A stretch of 63,803 nucleotides of DNA, filler included, from Octopus bimaculoides (lineage: Eukaryota): assembly GCF_001194135.2 (NCBI RefSeq). It is 6 parts of 5 records of this genome, joined end to end, with 100 filler letters (N's around TTAATTAATTAA, not from the genome) between each part and the next. Parts side by side here need not be neighbours in the genome. Positions count along the whole stretch, not along the records: positions 18,912 to 40,577 come from NC_069001.1; positions 40,678 to 53,292 come from NC_068991.1; 4 more parts are not named here. One strand, written 5' to 3'. This document shows, in pieces, positions 38,384 through 51,025 of the stretch. A program made the position numbers and the translations under genes. The first letter of the stretch is position 1, and each line of letters begins with the position of its first letter. Below the pieces are notes generated by a model that searched no databases, was not told the DNA's origin, and saw only the letters and a list, made by a program, of their open reading frames with translations.

Positions 38384-38688
38384 TTATTCATTATTCGTTT
38401 CATTTTGTTTGTTTCTCTCTTGAGTTATCTTCTCTCNNNNNNNNNNNNNNNNNNNNNNNNNNNNNNNNNNNNNNNNNNNNNNNNNNNNNNNNNNNNNNNN
38501 NNNNNNNNNNNNNNNNNNNNNNNNNNNNNNNNNNNNTAAATATATATATATATAAATAAATACAAATAAATATATATATATATATAAATAAATATAAATA
38601 AATATACATATATAAATAAATATATATATATATAAATAAATATATTGGAGAAAAAAAGATCATCATATTATATAACAGTTTACTCATA

Positions 38689-38714
38689 TTTATTTACAAA
38701 CAAAACAATTTATT
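38689..38714 (-). terminator. Two candidate AATAAA polyadenylation signals in the LTN1 3' UTR
   Basis: TTTATT on the plus strand at 38709-38714 and 38689-38694, about 140-165 nt downstream of the stop codon. Confidence 0.6.
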
Positions 38715-38853
38715 TCTGATCAAATACAACTTGGACTCTTCTGGTTCATTGCAGCATCTGTTCAGCTTCGTTTAACATTAACTGTTCACTGACCAATGTT
38801 CATCGATGTTTCACAAGATTAAAATGTGTGGAGGGGTTTGGTTGACGAGGAGT

Positions 38854-38928
38854 TCAGTGCCGTTGCAGGACGAATGCTGTACGACATAAGGGACAACTAG
38901 AGTTCTGACTTTCTGTAAACCATTTGTA
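38854..38928 (-). CDS. LTN1: LTN1 last coding exon (YKWFTESQNSSCPLCRTAFVLQRH-stop)
   Basis: Acceptor ttttctttctgatttgtatttcAG, phase 0, continuous with the previous exon. Supplies the final CxxC of the RING (YKWF...S.CPLCR motif). TGA at 38854-38856. Confidence 0.95.
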   Translation of the reverse strand, partial: YKWFTESQNSSCPLCRTAFVLQRH

Positions 38929-38987
38929 CTGAAATACAAATCAGAAAGAAAACATTTTCAACAGAGACTAGAATTACGAATGCAATA

Positions 38988-39102
38988 GGCACAGCAATGG
39001 CTGCGTAGTTGAGAAGCTTACTTCCCAACCACATGGTTTCAGGTTCCAGCCCAACCAAAGCCTTGTGGGTGGATTTGGTAGAAGGAAACTGAAAGAAGCC
39101 TG
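38988..39102 (+). mobile_element. SINE type 1 head inside the last LTN1 intron (antisense to the gene), internally deleted
   Basis: GGCTGCGTAGTTGAGAAGCTTACTTCCCAACCACATGGTTTCAGGTTC joined directly to CCAAAGCCTTGTGGGTGGATTTGGTAGAAGGAAACTGAAAG. Confidence 0.8.
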
Positions 39103-39136
39103 TTGTGTGTGTTTAGTAGATAAAAACAAAAAAGTT

Positions 39137-39170
<34 letters not shown>

Positions 39171-39371
39171 CATATATACATACAGTAAATATATATATAT
39201 AAATATATATGTATATACACACACACGATTGTGCATGCATGTGGTGTTTCTGCCCCCCTCCTCCTCCCAATGACATCCCCATATTTGGCAGTTATGGCCA
39301 CAGTCCAGTGATTGAAACAAAAGACACACAAAAGTGCTTAATTATAAAAAATATAATTGATCAATTCTCAC

Positions 39372-39539
39372 CAGACAAATGGAATGGAACTTCTTGTGGC
39401 AGGTCTTACATTGTTTCTGTGGCAGATGGTAGTCGGTGCCGTGGACGACACAGTAGCAGATGGTACATTCTTCAACACCTTCAAATTTCTTGTCAATATA
39501 CCGTTTCCATAGACACAGGCCATCCATGATATTGCCGTT
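39372..39539 (-). CDS. LTN1: Listerin E3 ubiquitin ligase (LTN1), penultimate coding exon, N-terminal part of the C4HC3 RING
   Basis: Minus strand: pyrimidine tract ctcatccttgctacttctataccctcacAG, then 168 nt (56 aa) NGNIMDGLCLWKRYIDKKFEGVEECTICYCVVHGTDYHLPQKQCKTCHKKFHSICL, then GTgag donor. Matches the characteristic listerin C-terminus ([46 protein letters not shown].CL) as recalled. Confidence 0.95.
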
Positions 39540-40252
39540 CTGTGAGGGTATAGAAGTAGCAAGGATGAGTTTGTGTAGATGTAGGTGGGTGGGGAAGGGG
39601 TCACGGCAGGCTGAAGCTAGTGATAGATTGGGATTAGGGAAGGGCCAGATTAAAACCCATAGAGGCCCTAAGCACTTAAAAGAAAAGAAAAATATAATAA
39701 ACCACAAAATAAATTTCTATTTTTCAAAATGAAACAAAACTAACAGCAAGATGGAAAATAATATTTTGAGATAATGAATATTTTGAAATTCTATTTCTGA
39801 CCAGATAAAAATCACTTTGAATATTATTTTAGCAAGTTTAAGGTAAGATGGAAAATGTTTTATTTTGATAGACTTCCACAATTTATATTTGAAAAGTTTC
39901 TTTTTCTTTAATTGTTAATTCTTGGATCAAATCCTCACTATGACACCGTGGACACTTCCAAATCATATTTCCAATCATATAAAAAGTTGATTGGAAATAA
40001 CAGAGTAATAGAAGTGGTGATAATAATGGCCGTAGTGGTTGCTTCGTAACCACATGGTCTTAGGTTCAGTCCCATTGCACGGCACCTTGGGCAAGTGTCT
40101 TCCTCCTGAGCGGATATGGCAAATGGAAACCGAGAGAAACCCATCGTGTGTGTGTGTGTGTGTGTGTTACTGTCTCCTTGCCTTGACTTCACTTCATGTT
40201 GTAGTTGTAAACAAGTGTCACTGTCATACAAGCAATGTCAGTCCTTTCCAAT

Positions 40253-40577
40253 CATCATCATCATCATCATCATCATTTAACGTCCGCTTTCCATGCTAGC
40301 ATGGGTTGGACGATTTGACTGAGGACTGGTGAAACCGGATGGCAACTCCAGGCTCCAATCTAAATTTGACAGAGTTTCTACAGCTGGATGCCCTTCCTAA
40401 CGCCAACCACTCAGAGAGTGTAGTGGGTGCTTTTACGTGTCACCCGCACGAAAACGGCCACGCTCGAAATGGTGTCTTTTATGTGCCACCCGCACAAGAG
40501 CCAGTCCAGGGGCACTGGCAACGATCTCGCTCGAAAACCCTACAAGGCCAGTCAGGCGGTACTGGCAACGGTCACGC
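40253..40577 (-). mobile_element. SINE or LINE end with an RTE-type 3' tail
   Basis: Minus strand ends CCAACCCATGCTAGCATGGAAAGCGGACGTTAAA(TGA)n and contains GGTTGGCGTTAGGAAGGGCATCCAGCTGTAGAAAC. An older relative lies near 61630-61700 (plus). Confidence 0.7.
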
Positions 40578-40677
40578 NNNNNNNNNNNNNNNNNNNNNNN
40601 NNNNNNNNNNNNNNNNNNNNNTTAATTAATTAANNNNNNNNNNNNNNNNNNNNNNNNNNNNNNNNNNNNNNNNNNNN

Positions 40678-40732
<55 letters not shown>

Positions 40733-40835
40733 CACACTCACACACACTTATTGTCTTTCGCAGTTTAGTTTATTCTTTATTTCATCATCATTATCATCAT
40801 CATCGTCATCATCGTCATCATCATCATCATCGTCG

Positions 40836-40866
<31 letters not shown>

Positions 40867-41602
40867 CGTCATCGTCGTCACCACCAGCACGAGCACCACC
40901 ACCACCACCACTACAACGATCATCATCATTTTTTGATTTGATTTTTTGATTTGACTTCCGCTAAAAAGATATCTGCTGATCTCAAAGAATGTACAGATAT
41001 NNNNNNNNNNNNNNNNNNNNNNNNNNNNNNNNNNNNNNNNNNNNNNNNNNNNNNNNNNNNNNNNNNNNNNNNNNNNNNNNNNNNNNNNNNNNNNNNNNNN
41101 NNNNNNNNNNNNNNNNNNNNNNNNNNNNNNNNNNNNNNNNNNNNNNNNNNNNNNNNNNNNNNNNNNNNNNNNNNNNNNNNNNNNNNNNNNNNNNNNNNNN
41201 NNNNNNNNNNNNNNNNNNNNNNNNNNNNNNNNNNNNNNNNNNNNNNNNNNNNNNNNNNNNNNNNNNNNNNNNNNNNNNNNNNNNNNNNNNNNNNNNNNNN
41301 NNNNNNNNNNNNNNNNNNNNNNNNNNNNNNNNNNNNNNNNNNNNNNNNNNNNNNNNNNNNNNNNNNNNNNNNNNNNNNNNNNNNNNNNNNNNNNNNNNNN
41401 NNNNNNNNNNNNNNNNNNNNNNNNNNNNNNNNNNNNNNNNNNNNNNNNNNNNNNNNNNNNNNNNNNNNNNNNNNNNNNNNNNNNNNNNNNNNNNNNNNNN
41501 NNNNNNNNNNNNNNNNNNNNNNNNNNNNNNNNNNNNNNNNNNNNNNNNNNNNNNNNNNNNNNNNNNNNNNNNNNNNNNNNNNNNNNNNNNNNNNNNNNNN
41601 NN

Positions 41603-41664
<62 letters not shown>

Positions 41665-41668
41665 AAGA

Positions 41669-41990
41669 GCACTCCGTCGGTTACGACGATGAGGGTCCCA
41701 GCTGATCCGATCAACGGAACATCCTGCTCGTGAAATTAACGTGTGAGTGGCTGAGCACTCCACAGACACGTGTACCATTAACGTAGTTCTCAGGGAGATT
41801 CAGCGTGAGACAGAGTTTGACAAGGCTGGCCCTTTGAATTACAGGTACTACTCGTTTTTGCCAGCTGAGTGGACTGGAGGAACGTGAAATAAAGTGTCTT
41901 GCTCAAAGATACAAAACGTCGCCGGGAATTGAACTCACGAACTTACGATCGTGAGCCGAATATCCTAACCACTGAGCCACGCGCCTTCAC
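41669..41990 (-). mobile_element. tRNA-derived SINE type 3, variant with a CORE-like middle
   Basis: A box TGGCTCAGTGG and B box GTTCAATTCC. Middle GCAAGACACTTTATTTCACGTTCCTCCAGTCCACTCAGCTGGCAAAAA. Same 3' module as 17462-17841. Confidence 0.85.
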
Positions 41991-43844
41991 ACACACACAC
42001 ACACGCACATACACATATGTGCGTGTGTGTGTGTGTGTGTGAAATGCATGCGTGTGCATGCGCTCGCGCGCGCGCGTTTGTATGGGCGTCACCTCTAATC
42101 CGTTCAAAATCGAGACAATTCCGCCGAACAAAGCCAGCTCGGTTTCCAACCCTTCGTCTGCTTTTGACAGGAAACGCGAGGACAATCGCCAGTGTTTCTT
42201 CTGCTATACAACCGACATAAGTGTTGCAGAGAAACAGATAAAGCTGACGACTATACAACCGGCCGGCCTATAAGTTCAAGATAGACTTAATAACATTATT
42301 TATTGGACGACAGATGTTCTTAGAGATATTCAACCGGTGATGCCGGGTATAGAGCATCTGAAGTGTGGCTGAAATATGTGTTGAGGGGGTGGAGTGGGGG
42401 GTGGGGGTAAGTCACCACACTACGACCACCGTTACTGATACCACCACCACAACCACCACCAAAACCACCACCACCACTGCTATTATAATCACTACTTACA
42501 TACCACCACCGTTACCACCATCGCTATCACTCCTACTATCACCATCACCTTAACCACTGTCCCACACCATCCTTCCACCTTCACCCCAGAGTTACCCCAG
42601 AGCCAAACTAATCCTCGCCCCAACCCCACCATCATAATCCACAATTCTGGTGCAACTGGATATCAACAATAGGGAGTGAGTGTCACATTCGGGTGAAGGT
42701 AGTTATCTGGATTTAGGAAAGGTCATACCGTACCGGACAGGTCATTACACTCCTTCTCTCTATCCACCCACCCATCCATCTACCCATCTATCCATCCATC
42801 TACCCATCCATCCATCCATCCATCCATCCATCCATCCATCCATCGAAATCCTCCATCCGTCTGTCCATCCGTCAAATAAATGAACTAAATACGTGTGAAT
42901 GTGTGTAAATGCTGACATTCTGCGCTTTGCATGGAAATACGGTGAGTTATAGACTTCGAAACAATCGTCCGCAACTCTTCGTTTTCGAAGATGTGAGGAA
43001 TAACNNNNNNNNNNNNNNNNNNNNNNNNNNNNNNNNNNNNNNNNNNNNNNNNNNNNNNNNNNNNNNNNNNNNNNNNNNNNNNNNNNNNNNNNNNNNNNNN
43101 NNNNNNNNNNNNNNNNNNNNNNNNNNNNNNNNNNNNNNNNNNNNNNNNNNNNNNNNNNNNNNNNNNNNNNNNNNNNNNNNNNNNNNNNNNNNNNNNNNNN
43201 NNNNNNNNNNNNNNNNNNNNNNNNNNNNNNNNNNNNNNNNNNNNNNNNNNNNNNNNNNNNNNNNNNNNNNNNNNNNNNNNNNNNNNNNNNNNNNNNNNNN
43301 NNNNNNNNNNNNNNNNNNNNNNNNNNNNNNNNNNNNNNNNNNNNNNNNNNNNNNNNNNNNNNNNNNNNNNNNNNNNNNNNNNNNNNNNNNNNNNNNNNNN
43401 NNNNNNNNNNNNNNNNNNNNNNNNNNNNNNNNNNNNNNNNNNNNNNNNNNNNNNNNNNNNNNNNNNNNNNNNNNNNNNNNNNNNNNNNNNNNNNNNNNNN
43501 NNNNNNNNNNNNNNNNNNNNNNNNNNNNNNNNNNNNNNNNNNNNNNNNNNNNNNNNNNNNNNNNNNNNNNNNNNNNNNNNNNNNNNNNNNNNNNNNNNNN
43601 NNNNNNNNNNNNNNNNNNNNNNNNNNNNNNNNNNNNNNNNNNNNNNNNNNNNNNNNNNNNNNNNNNNNNNNNNNNNNNNNNNNNNNNNNNNNNNNNNNNN
43701 NNNNNNNNNNNNNNNNNNNNNNNNNNNNNNNNNNNNNNNNNNNNNNNNNNNNNNNNNNNNNNNNNNNNNNNNNNNNNNNNNNNNNNNNNNNNCCACCACC
43801 ACCACCACCACCACCACCACCACCATACAGATATCACTGTAAGT

Positions 43845-44345
43845 CCCTTTATTTCATTAAATACTTCCGGAAAAAGTTATACATATAATGTTTTTAGTAA
43901 GAACAATGTTAAACTAAATGTTAGTTGTTCACAAAATTTGGTAGCAGAAATAGAAAAGATTAAAAAATCTTAGATGGTTATTCACATTTAATCTTTCCCG
44001 TTTGTGTTATCATAATCCCGTACGCTTTTCATTAAATAATCGACATCTTTCAAAATCAACTGTTTATTTTGTGAAAATATCTAAAACTAAGAATTCAAGA
44101 TCTACATCTTATATCGGGTTGACAACAAACACTTTAAGACTACGATTGGACTCATACACTTACACCTTCAGAAACCTGTTATGATATTCTGATACAAAAT
44201 TGTTCAATTACATTTCGATATAACAACATCTGGAACTTTAAAATCAATAAGGAAACGCATCAAACGTTATTCTCATGGTTAGAGTAGTAGTAGCCTTCGT
44301 ATTTCAGATCATTTAGAAGTGCTTCTTTTTAATACGTACGTCTTA
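43845..44345 (+). mobile_element. Second, different Penelope-like element remnant (RT C-terminus to GIY-YIG)
   Basis: PFISLNTSGK..YNVFSKNNVKLNVSCSQNL, then STVYFVKIS...SYIGLTTNTLRLRL..YTYTFRN..SDTKLFNYI, with stops and frameshifts. Confidence 0.7.
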
Positions 44346-44785
44346 TATTCAGCAGTGGTTATTTCTTTTGCACATCTGTTTCATTCATTCGAGTTGGTAA
44401 TGTGTAACTAGATTTGCTATTTCTGATAAAGCAATATACATATACATACATGTACACCCACACCCAACCAAACACACGCACATGCACTCATGCACACACA
44501 CAGAGACACACACTCCTCCACACACCCACACGTACTCCATCCACAAGCGATTAATGCATAAAAACAAAAAGACAAATTTCCCATATGTTATATACTGTAA
44601 TTGTGTTCATTGCATTCAACAGCTGTTTCATCAAGATAAACATCAAGGAATGTATAGTTACATAAGTGTGATACATAATTAAATTAAATTAAATATTAAA
44701 TTAAATCAAATTAATGAAGGGAAATAGTGTTTATTCACACCATCAGGAATGTTATGTTAAATAGAAAACCTTTTGCATTTTGGAT

Positions 44786-44818
<33 letters not shown>

Positions 44819-45702
44819 NNNNNNNNNNNNNNNNNNNNNNNNNNNNNNNNNNNNNNNNNNNNNNNNNNNNNNNNNNNNNNNNNNNNNNNNNNNNNNNNNN
44901 NNNNNNNNNNNNNNNNNNNNNNNNNNNNNNNNNNNNNNNNNNNNNNNNNNNNNNNNNNNNNNNNNNNNNNNNNNNNNNNNNNNNNNNNNNNNNNNNNNNN
45001 NNNNNNNNNNNNNNNNNNNNNNNNNNNNNNNNNNNNNNNNNNNNNNNNNNNNNNNNNNNNNNNNNNNNNNNNNNNNNNNNNNNNNNNNNNNNNNNNNNNN
45101 NNNNNNNNNNNNNNNNNNNNNNNNNNNNNNNNNNNNNNNNNNNNNNNNNNNNNNNNNNNNNNNNNNNNNNNNNNNNNNNNNNNNNNNNNNNNNNNNNNNN
45201 NNNNNNNNNNNNNNNNNNNNNNNNNNNNNNNNNNNNNNNNNNNNNNNNNNNNNNNNNNNNNNNNNNNNNNNNNNNNNNNNNNNNNNNNNNNNNNNNNNNN
45301 NNNNNNNNNNNNNNNNNNNNNNNNNNNNNNNNNNNNNNNNNNNNNNNNNNNNNNNNNNNNNNNNNNNNNNNNNNNNNNNNNNNNNNNNNNNNNNNNNNNN
45401 NNNNNNNNNNNNNNNNNNNNNNNNNNNNNNNNNNNNNNNNNNNNNNNNNNNNNNNNNNNNNNNNNNNNNNNNNNNNNNNNNNNNNNNNNNNNNNNNNNNN
45501 NNNNNNNNNNNNNNNNNNNNNNNNNNNNNNNNNNNNNNNNNNNNNNNNNNNNNNNNNNNNNNNNNNNNNNNNNNNNNNNNNNNNNNNNNNNNNNNNNNNN
45601 NNNNNNNNNNNNNNNNNNNNNNNNGAATTGATTTTTTTCAAAAGCAAAGCAATGTAAGTTATAAGAATTAATACATGTCGATGTCTTCTACTTTTATCTT
45701 GT

Positions 45703-45742
45703 ATTTCAATATTTCGGGGTTAGGACCCCTTCTTCAGGAAAT
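45703..45742 (-). ncRNA. Minimal hammerhead ribozyme motif
   Basis: Minus strand: ATTTC-CTGAAGA-A-GGGG TCCTAA CCCC-GAAA-TA-T-T-GAAAT. 5-bp stem I, palindromic ATAT helix III. Confidence 0.65.
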
Positions 45743-46164
45743 CTTCGGAGAATTGCTGCAGTGACCTGATTCCCAACAAAATATAAAAAGGAACATCGAC
45801 TTGGATTACTTTTTCTAAATTGCATTGTTTAGGCTTAAAAACAAATAAACACACACGCACACACACACATACATATATATGTATATATATATATACACAC
45901 ATATGTTTGTTATATATATGTTTTATATATATTTGTAAATATGTATGTGTATATGTATGTATATGTATATGCATGCGTGTCCTTGTGTAAGTAGAGAGGC
46001 TGTATTAGGCAAGTGACACACCCTAATCTCTAATTCCTTCAGCAAATGCCTGACCCATTAATGTAGAATTATGGAGTTAGTTCAACTGGGAGAAACGGCA
46101 TTGTGGCATCTATCTGCCTTCCTGCCTGCCTGCCTGCCTGCCTGCTTGCCTGCCTGTCTGTCAG

Positions 46165-46201
<37 letters not shown>

Positions 46202-46645
46202 TTTTTGTATATATATATATATATATATACTCTTTTTTTTTTACTCTTTTACTTGTTTCAGTCATTTGACTGTGGCCATGCTGGAGCACCGCCTTTAGTC
46301 GAGCAAATCGACCCCAGGACTTATTCTTTGGAAGCCTAGTACTTATTCTTTCGGTCTCTTTTGCCGAACCGCTAAGTTACAGGGACATAAACACACCAGC
46401 ATCGGGGAAAGTCGGTTACATCGACCCCAGTGCATAACTGGTACTTATTTTATCGACCCCGAAAAGATGAAAGGCAAAGTCGACCTCAGNNNNNNNNNNT
46501 CAGTCATTTGACTGTGGCCATGCTGGAGCACCGCCTTTAGTCGAGCAAATCGACCCCAGGACTTATTCTTTGGAAGCCTAGTACTTATTCTTTCGGTCTC
46601 TTTTGCCGAACCGCTAAGTTACAGGGACATAAACACACCAGCATC

Positions 46646-46807
46646 GGGGAAAGTCGGTTACATCGACCCCAGTGCATAACTGGTACTTATTTTATCGACC
46701 CCGAAAAGATGAAAGGCAAAGTCGACCTCAGCGGGATTTGAACTCAGAATGTAAAGACAGACGAAATGCTCCTAAGCATTTTACCCTCCGTGTCAGCTCG
46801 CCGCCTT
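46646..46807 (-). mobile_element. SINE type 2
   Basis: Reverse complement of GCTAAGGCGGCGAGCTG...CTGAGTTCAAATCCCGCTGAGGTCGACTTTGCCTTTCATC...GGGGTCGATGTAACCGAC. Confidence 0.85.
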
Positions 46808-47706
46808 AGCGTAGTGGATAACAACGTTAACCTTAGTTTATAAATAAAGGTTCCTGGTTCGAATTCAGTCTGGAATTATGTATGAATTCACCAATAAGAC
46901 ATCTGGAGATTATTTGATGCGAAAATCTATCAAAATATAGACAAGATGTAAATGTTTGAAAAGACGGAGGTAACAGTCCTAAAAGTTATAATAATTTGAT
47001 TAACACCAGTTCTGTTTCCAGTATTTTCACCATTCCAATGTTGGGAAAACATGGTTCCAGCATCTGCAGATTCAATCTTGTTCTTTATGTTACCATCTTT
47101 GCAACTGCCATCAAACCACAGGGAGCCAAACTGATCATGTTAGCTGCGTGAAGCCTTTAGGAATATCTTTACTGATTTTCAATGATTCGGTTGATAGCTT
47201 GACAGGTTCTATCCAACTTCCCTTCAACTTCCTCGACATACCGGAAACCAAGAGGGAAAGGATGATTAGCGTAAACAACAGTATCCGGTTTGATATTATA
47301 CCACTGACCCTATGGACACGCACAAATGAGATGTGTTACCGTGTTTGTGAGCGGTTGAAGACAAGACCTCACAGAATCTAACCGAACCTTTGTAGTTTTT
47401 CAATTTCTCTTGCTTGTTTTTTGTTGTTTTATTGAACACCAAATCGTCAAATTTTATGACTATTATGCCTCCACCCACATCCCGCTTTGAAGAATAGGTG
47501 CAAGATGTATGGAAGGAAGCAGTTGGCAGGGATCGAACTGTTAAGCGTAAATAGGTTTTGTAAGTTTACCAAAGTTTCGAGGACGGTATGTGAGAGAACG
47601 AAGTTTGTTGAGAAGTTCAACGAATGGACGATCATGGAGTCAGTCATGTGACTTGATTTGTACGAATCGATCTTCCGAGCAACGCAGCCTGATCTCTCTC
47701 TCTCTC

Positions 47707-47775
<69 letters not shown>

Positions 47776-48039
47776 ATTTGTCTGTCTGTCTGTCCCATTA
47801 AATTTCTCAACAAAATGTATCATCATACTGTCACAAAAACATACGAAATGTCTTCTGCGGAATATTTCACGTGAAGAGTGAATTAAAGAGCTTGCCTACA
47901 TTTTGGTGAAATGGAAACTGGAATGAAGCTCTGAACAAGTTCGATGCTTTTTAAACATTTTCCAATGTATTGGTGAAGCCATTTGGAAAAGACCAATTCA
48001 AGTTCATTAGGAACATGCATTCGTTGTTTGTTAGCGGTT

Positions 48040-48299
48040 GTGATGATGATGAAAGCGGTGACGAAGATTGTGGAGATGATGATGGTGTTCAGCATGATGA
48101 TGTTGATGGTGATGATGATGATGTTGTTAGTGATGATGATGATGGTGGTGGTGGTGGTGGTGGTGGTGTGACAGTGGTGATGTTGTTGTAGGGGGTTGAG
48201 ATGGGAACAGTGAGGATGGTGACAGTCACTATGGTAGTAGTAACGGTGGTTGTTATGGCAACAGCGATGCTGATGGTGGTTTTGGTACACTTAGTAGGT

Positions 48300-48351
<52 letters not shown>

Positions 48352-48501
48352 CAACAGCAGCAGCAGCAGCGGTTGTAGTTTTGGTTGTAGTATCTCTAGT
48401 GTTAATAACAAAGTCAAGTGAGACCCAGCACGTGACGATTAATTTCCTCGACTTCTTAAACTATAATCCGCTTTAATCCTTCCTCGTCGTTGTCGTCGTC
48501 G

Positions 48502-48532
<31 letters not shown>

Positions 48533-48535
48533 AAT
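48040..48535. repeat. Compound trinucleotide microsatellite region (GAT, GGT, GTA, GCA, GTT runs)
   Basis: Directly visible. A similar GAT/GCT compound lies at ~49165-49330. Confidence 0.9.
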
Positions 48536-48782
48536 ATGTCGTAATTGCTGTTGTTTTTGATTCTTACATTCTTCATAGTTGCGCTCGTAATAATCATCAA
48601 AACCACAATGTTTCCATGGTGACAGTTGTGTATTCATGTGTGTAACTGGTCGTATGCGTTCGTACGTGTGTGTGTATATGAGTGTGTGTGTGAGACAGTA
48701 TTACTTTGTGTGAATATGTGCTTGTATGTATACATGTATATGTATATACATGTTTGTATTTATATATATACATATATACTAT

Positions 48783-48814
<32 letters not shown>

Positions 48815-48908
48815 CGTAAGCAAATGCTTACGTGCATATGTATGCATAAATACACACACACACATATGCTTGTATGAATATGTATGTACGCATGTAGATA
48901 CATAAATT

Positions 48909-48954
<46 letters not shown>

Positions 48955-49218
48955 GGTGTCAGCCAGAGCTGTTTAATATTTGAATTACAGACTCGTCCCT
49001 CACCAACTCAATACCGATCTGGGATTATAAGGGCCTTAAATGAAGAAAGAGGACATTGTTAATGGAGTGGGGGACACTGATGTGTCCCTTAAGTAGGGAG
49101 ATTAGGGGGTCAAGGCTATTGTTTATCTTGAGATAGGGTAGTAAAAGTCATCTTTTGTCGAAGAAGGGATTATATTGATGATGATGATGATGTTGATAAT
49201 AGTAGTGATGAGAACGCA

Positions 49219-49282
<64 letters not shown>

Positions 49283-49444
49283 ATGATTATGATGATGATG
49301 ATGATGATGATGATGATGGTGATGATGATAAAACATTGACAACATATGTCTGCCCAAAGATATGCCAATCCCAGCAGACTTCAACTCATCTGTAAAATTA
49401 ATTGAATTTAAATAAATCTAAAGAATCATCAATAATTATAGCTT

Positions 49445-49705
49445 TGGGGTTCAGTCCCATTGCGTGGCACTTTGGGCAAGTGTCTTCTACTTTAGCCTCT
49501 GACCAACCAAAGCCTTGTGAGTGGATTTGGTAGAAGGAAACTTAAGGAATCCCGTCGTATATAAATGTGTAACTTAGCGGTTCGGCAAAAAGAGACCGAT
49601 AGAATAAGTACTAGGCTTACTAAGAATAAGTCGTGAGGCCGATCTTTTCGACTAAAGGCGGTGCTCCAGCATGACCGCAGTCAAAGGACCGAAAAAAGTA
49701 AAAGA
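49445..49705 (+). mobile_element. SINE type 1, 5'-truncated copy
   Basis: Core and tail motifs shared with 9739-10098. Confidence 0.8.
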
Positions 49706-49723
49706 ATAGAATATATATATATG

Positions 49724-49756
<33 letters not shown>

Positions 49757-49902
49757 NNNNNNNNNNAGAGAAAGGTTCCGAGTTCAATATCCACAAAAGA
49801 TGGCATTTCAAAGACATCAGGAGGAGACGGAAGGGTCGTGACCTTTTGTAATCCCTTCTCTTTTATCAGCCCGATGCACTTGTTTGAGCTTGACAGCAGG
49901 TC

Positions 49903-49946
<44 letters not shown>

Positions 49947-50633
49947 ATACACGTTCTTACACAGCAGATTTTTCACCTCTAAGTAATAAGCATTCACAAA
50001 GGTATATAATTTGTTTAGTTAATTAATCCTAATCTGGTAATGACACAGTTTATCTGGCAGATTAGTGGATTATCTCATTTAATGGTCCATCTGCTAAATA
50101 ATCTGTTAGAGAATGTTTGAGTAAAAGTAAATTTTGGAAACCAGAACTATAAACAAAAGACAACGAATATAATAAATATTTTCTTTCTAATAAAGGAACG
50201 ATCCGACCAAGCAGGATGATCATATCAGGAACGCGGCTTTAAATTTGATAATATTTATTGGAAGAACAAAACAAAGGAAAATCAGAGTAAAAATTCCTCA
50301 AAGAATGCAGAAAATGTGAATGGTGCGGTCATTGTTGAGCTTTGAATTTGAGTGAATAAATGAGAAACAGAAAATGGTAAGTAGCAAGGGGTGGGTGGGT
50401 GGAGGTGTGAATTAGTCCAGGATTAGTCCAGGATTAGTCCAGGATTTTTTCTTGGGCATTTAATTTACCATTTTGTTACCAGACACAGACAAATGGTGAG
50501 AGCAGCTTCGACATTAAGACTAGGGTCAGATTTGAGGAAGAGAGGAAAAGGAGTGAGACGGAAATAGACAGAGGAGGAAGGAACGAGAAGAGACAGAAGA
50601 GGAAGGAACGGACGATGGCAGCGCCATGAAGAT

Positions 50634-50665
<32 letters not shown>

Positions 50666-50953
50666 CAAGAGAAATAGAAACGGGGGGAGGGAGAGAGAGA
50701 GAAGGGAGAGGAAGTAGAAAATGGTTTCTGTAGAAATGGAAAGGATAAAAGAAGAAACTAAGAATTATTCCTCCTCTTCCTCCTCCTCCTCCTCTTCTCC
50801 TCACCTCCTCTCCTCCAGCATCTTTTCACAGTTACTTGTAAAACAAATATTTGAAATGATTTCCGGTTGTAACGATTATTTTTATCTGTTAAAATTTCCC
50901 ATTTTATAGTATCTAATATCAGTCATCGTTTATTGGTGTGTCATTGAGGAAGG

Positions 50954-51025
<72 letters not shown>

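Noticed and set aside
39342-39707. ORF-track protein 39342..39707 as a complete gene
   Set aside because: Only 39372-39539 is exon. The flanking residues are intron read-through, as shown by the AG/GT boundaries.
41900-41990. tRNA gene candidates (also 17760-17841 and the SINE type 1 heads)
   Set aside because: A/B boxes are present but there is no complete cloverleaf or acceptor stem, and each is fused to SINE body sequence.
46258-46731. Exact 232-bp direct duplication around a 10-N gap
   Set aside because: Unmerged contig overlap. The same pattern occurs at the 10-N gaps near 24107 and 30546, and probably across 27689-28480.
47883-49384. Poly-His/Gln/Asp/Val ORFs resembling low-complexity transcription-factor regions
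   Set aside because: Compound trinucleotide microsatellites with no flanking domain or credible splice context.
49770-49900. Short stop-free minus-strand frame DLLSSSNKCIGLIKEKGLQKVTTLPSPPDVFEMPSFVDIELGTFL
   Set aside because: No recognisable motif, not LTN1-like, lacks a polypyrimidine acceptor and is bounded by (TA)n and a gap. It cannot be supported without homology or RNA data.
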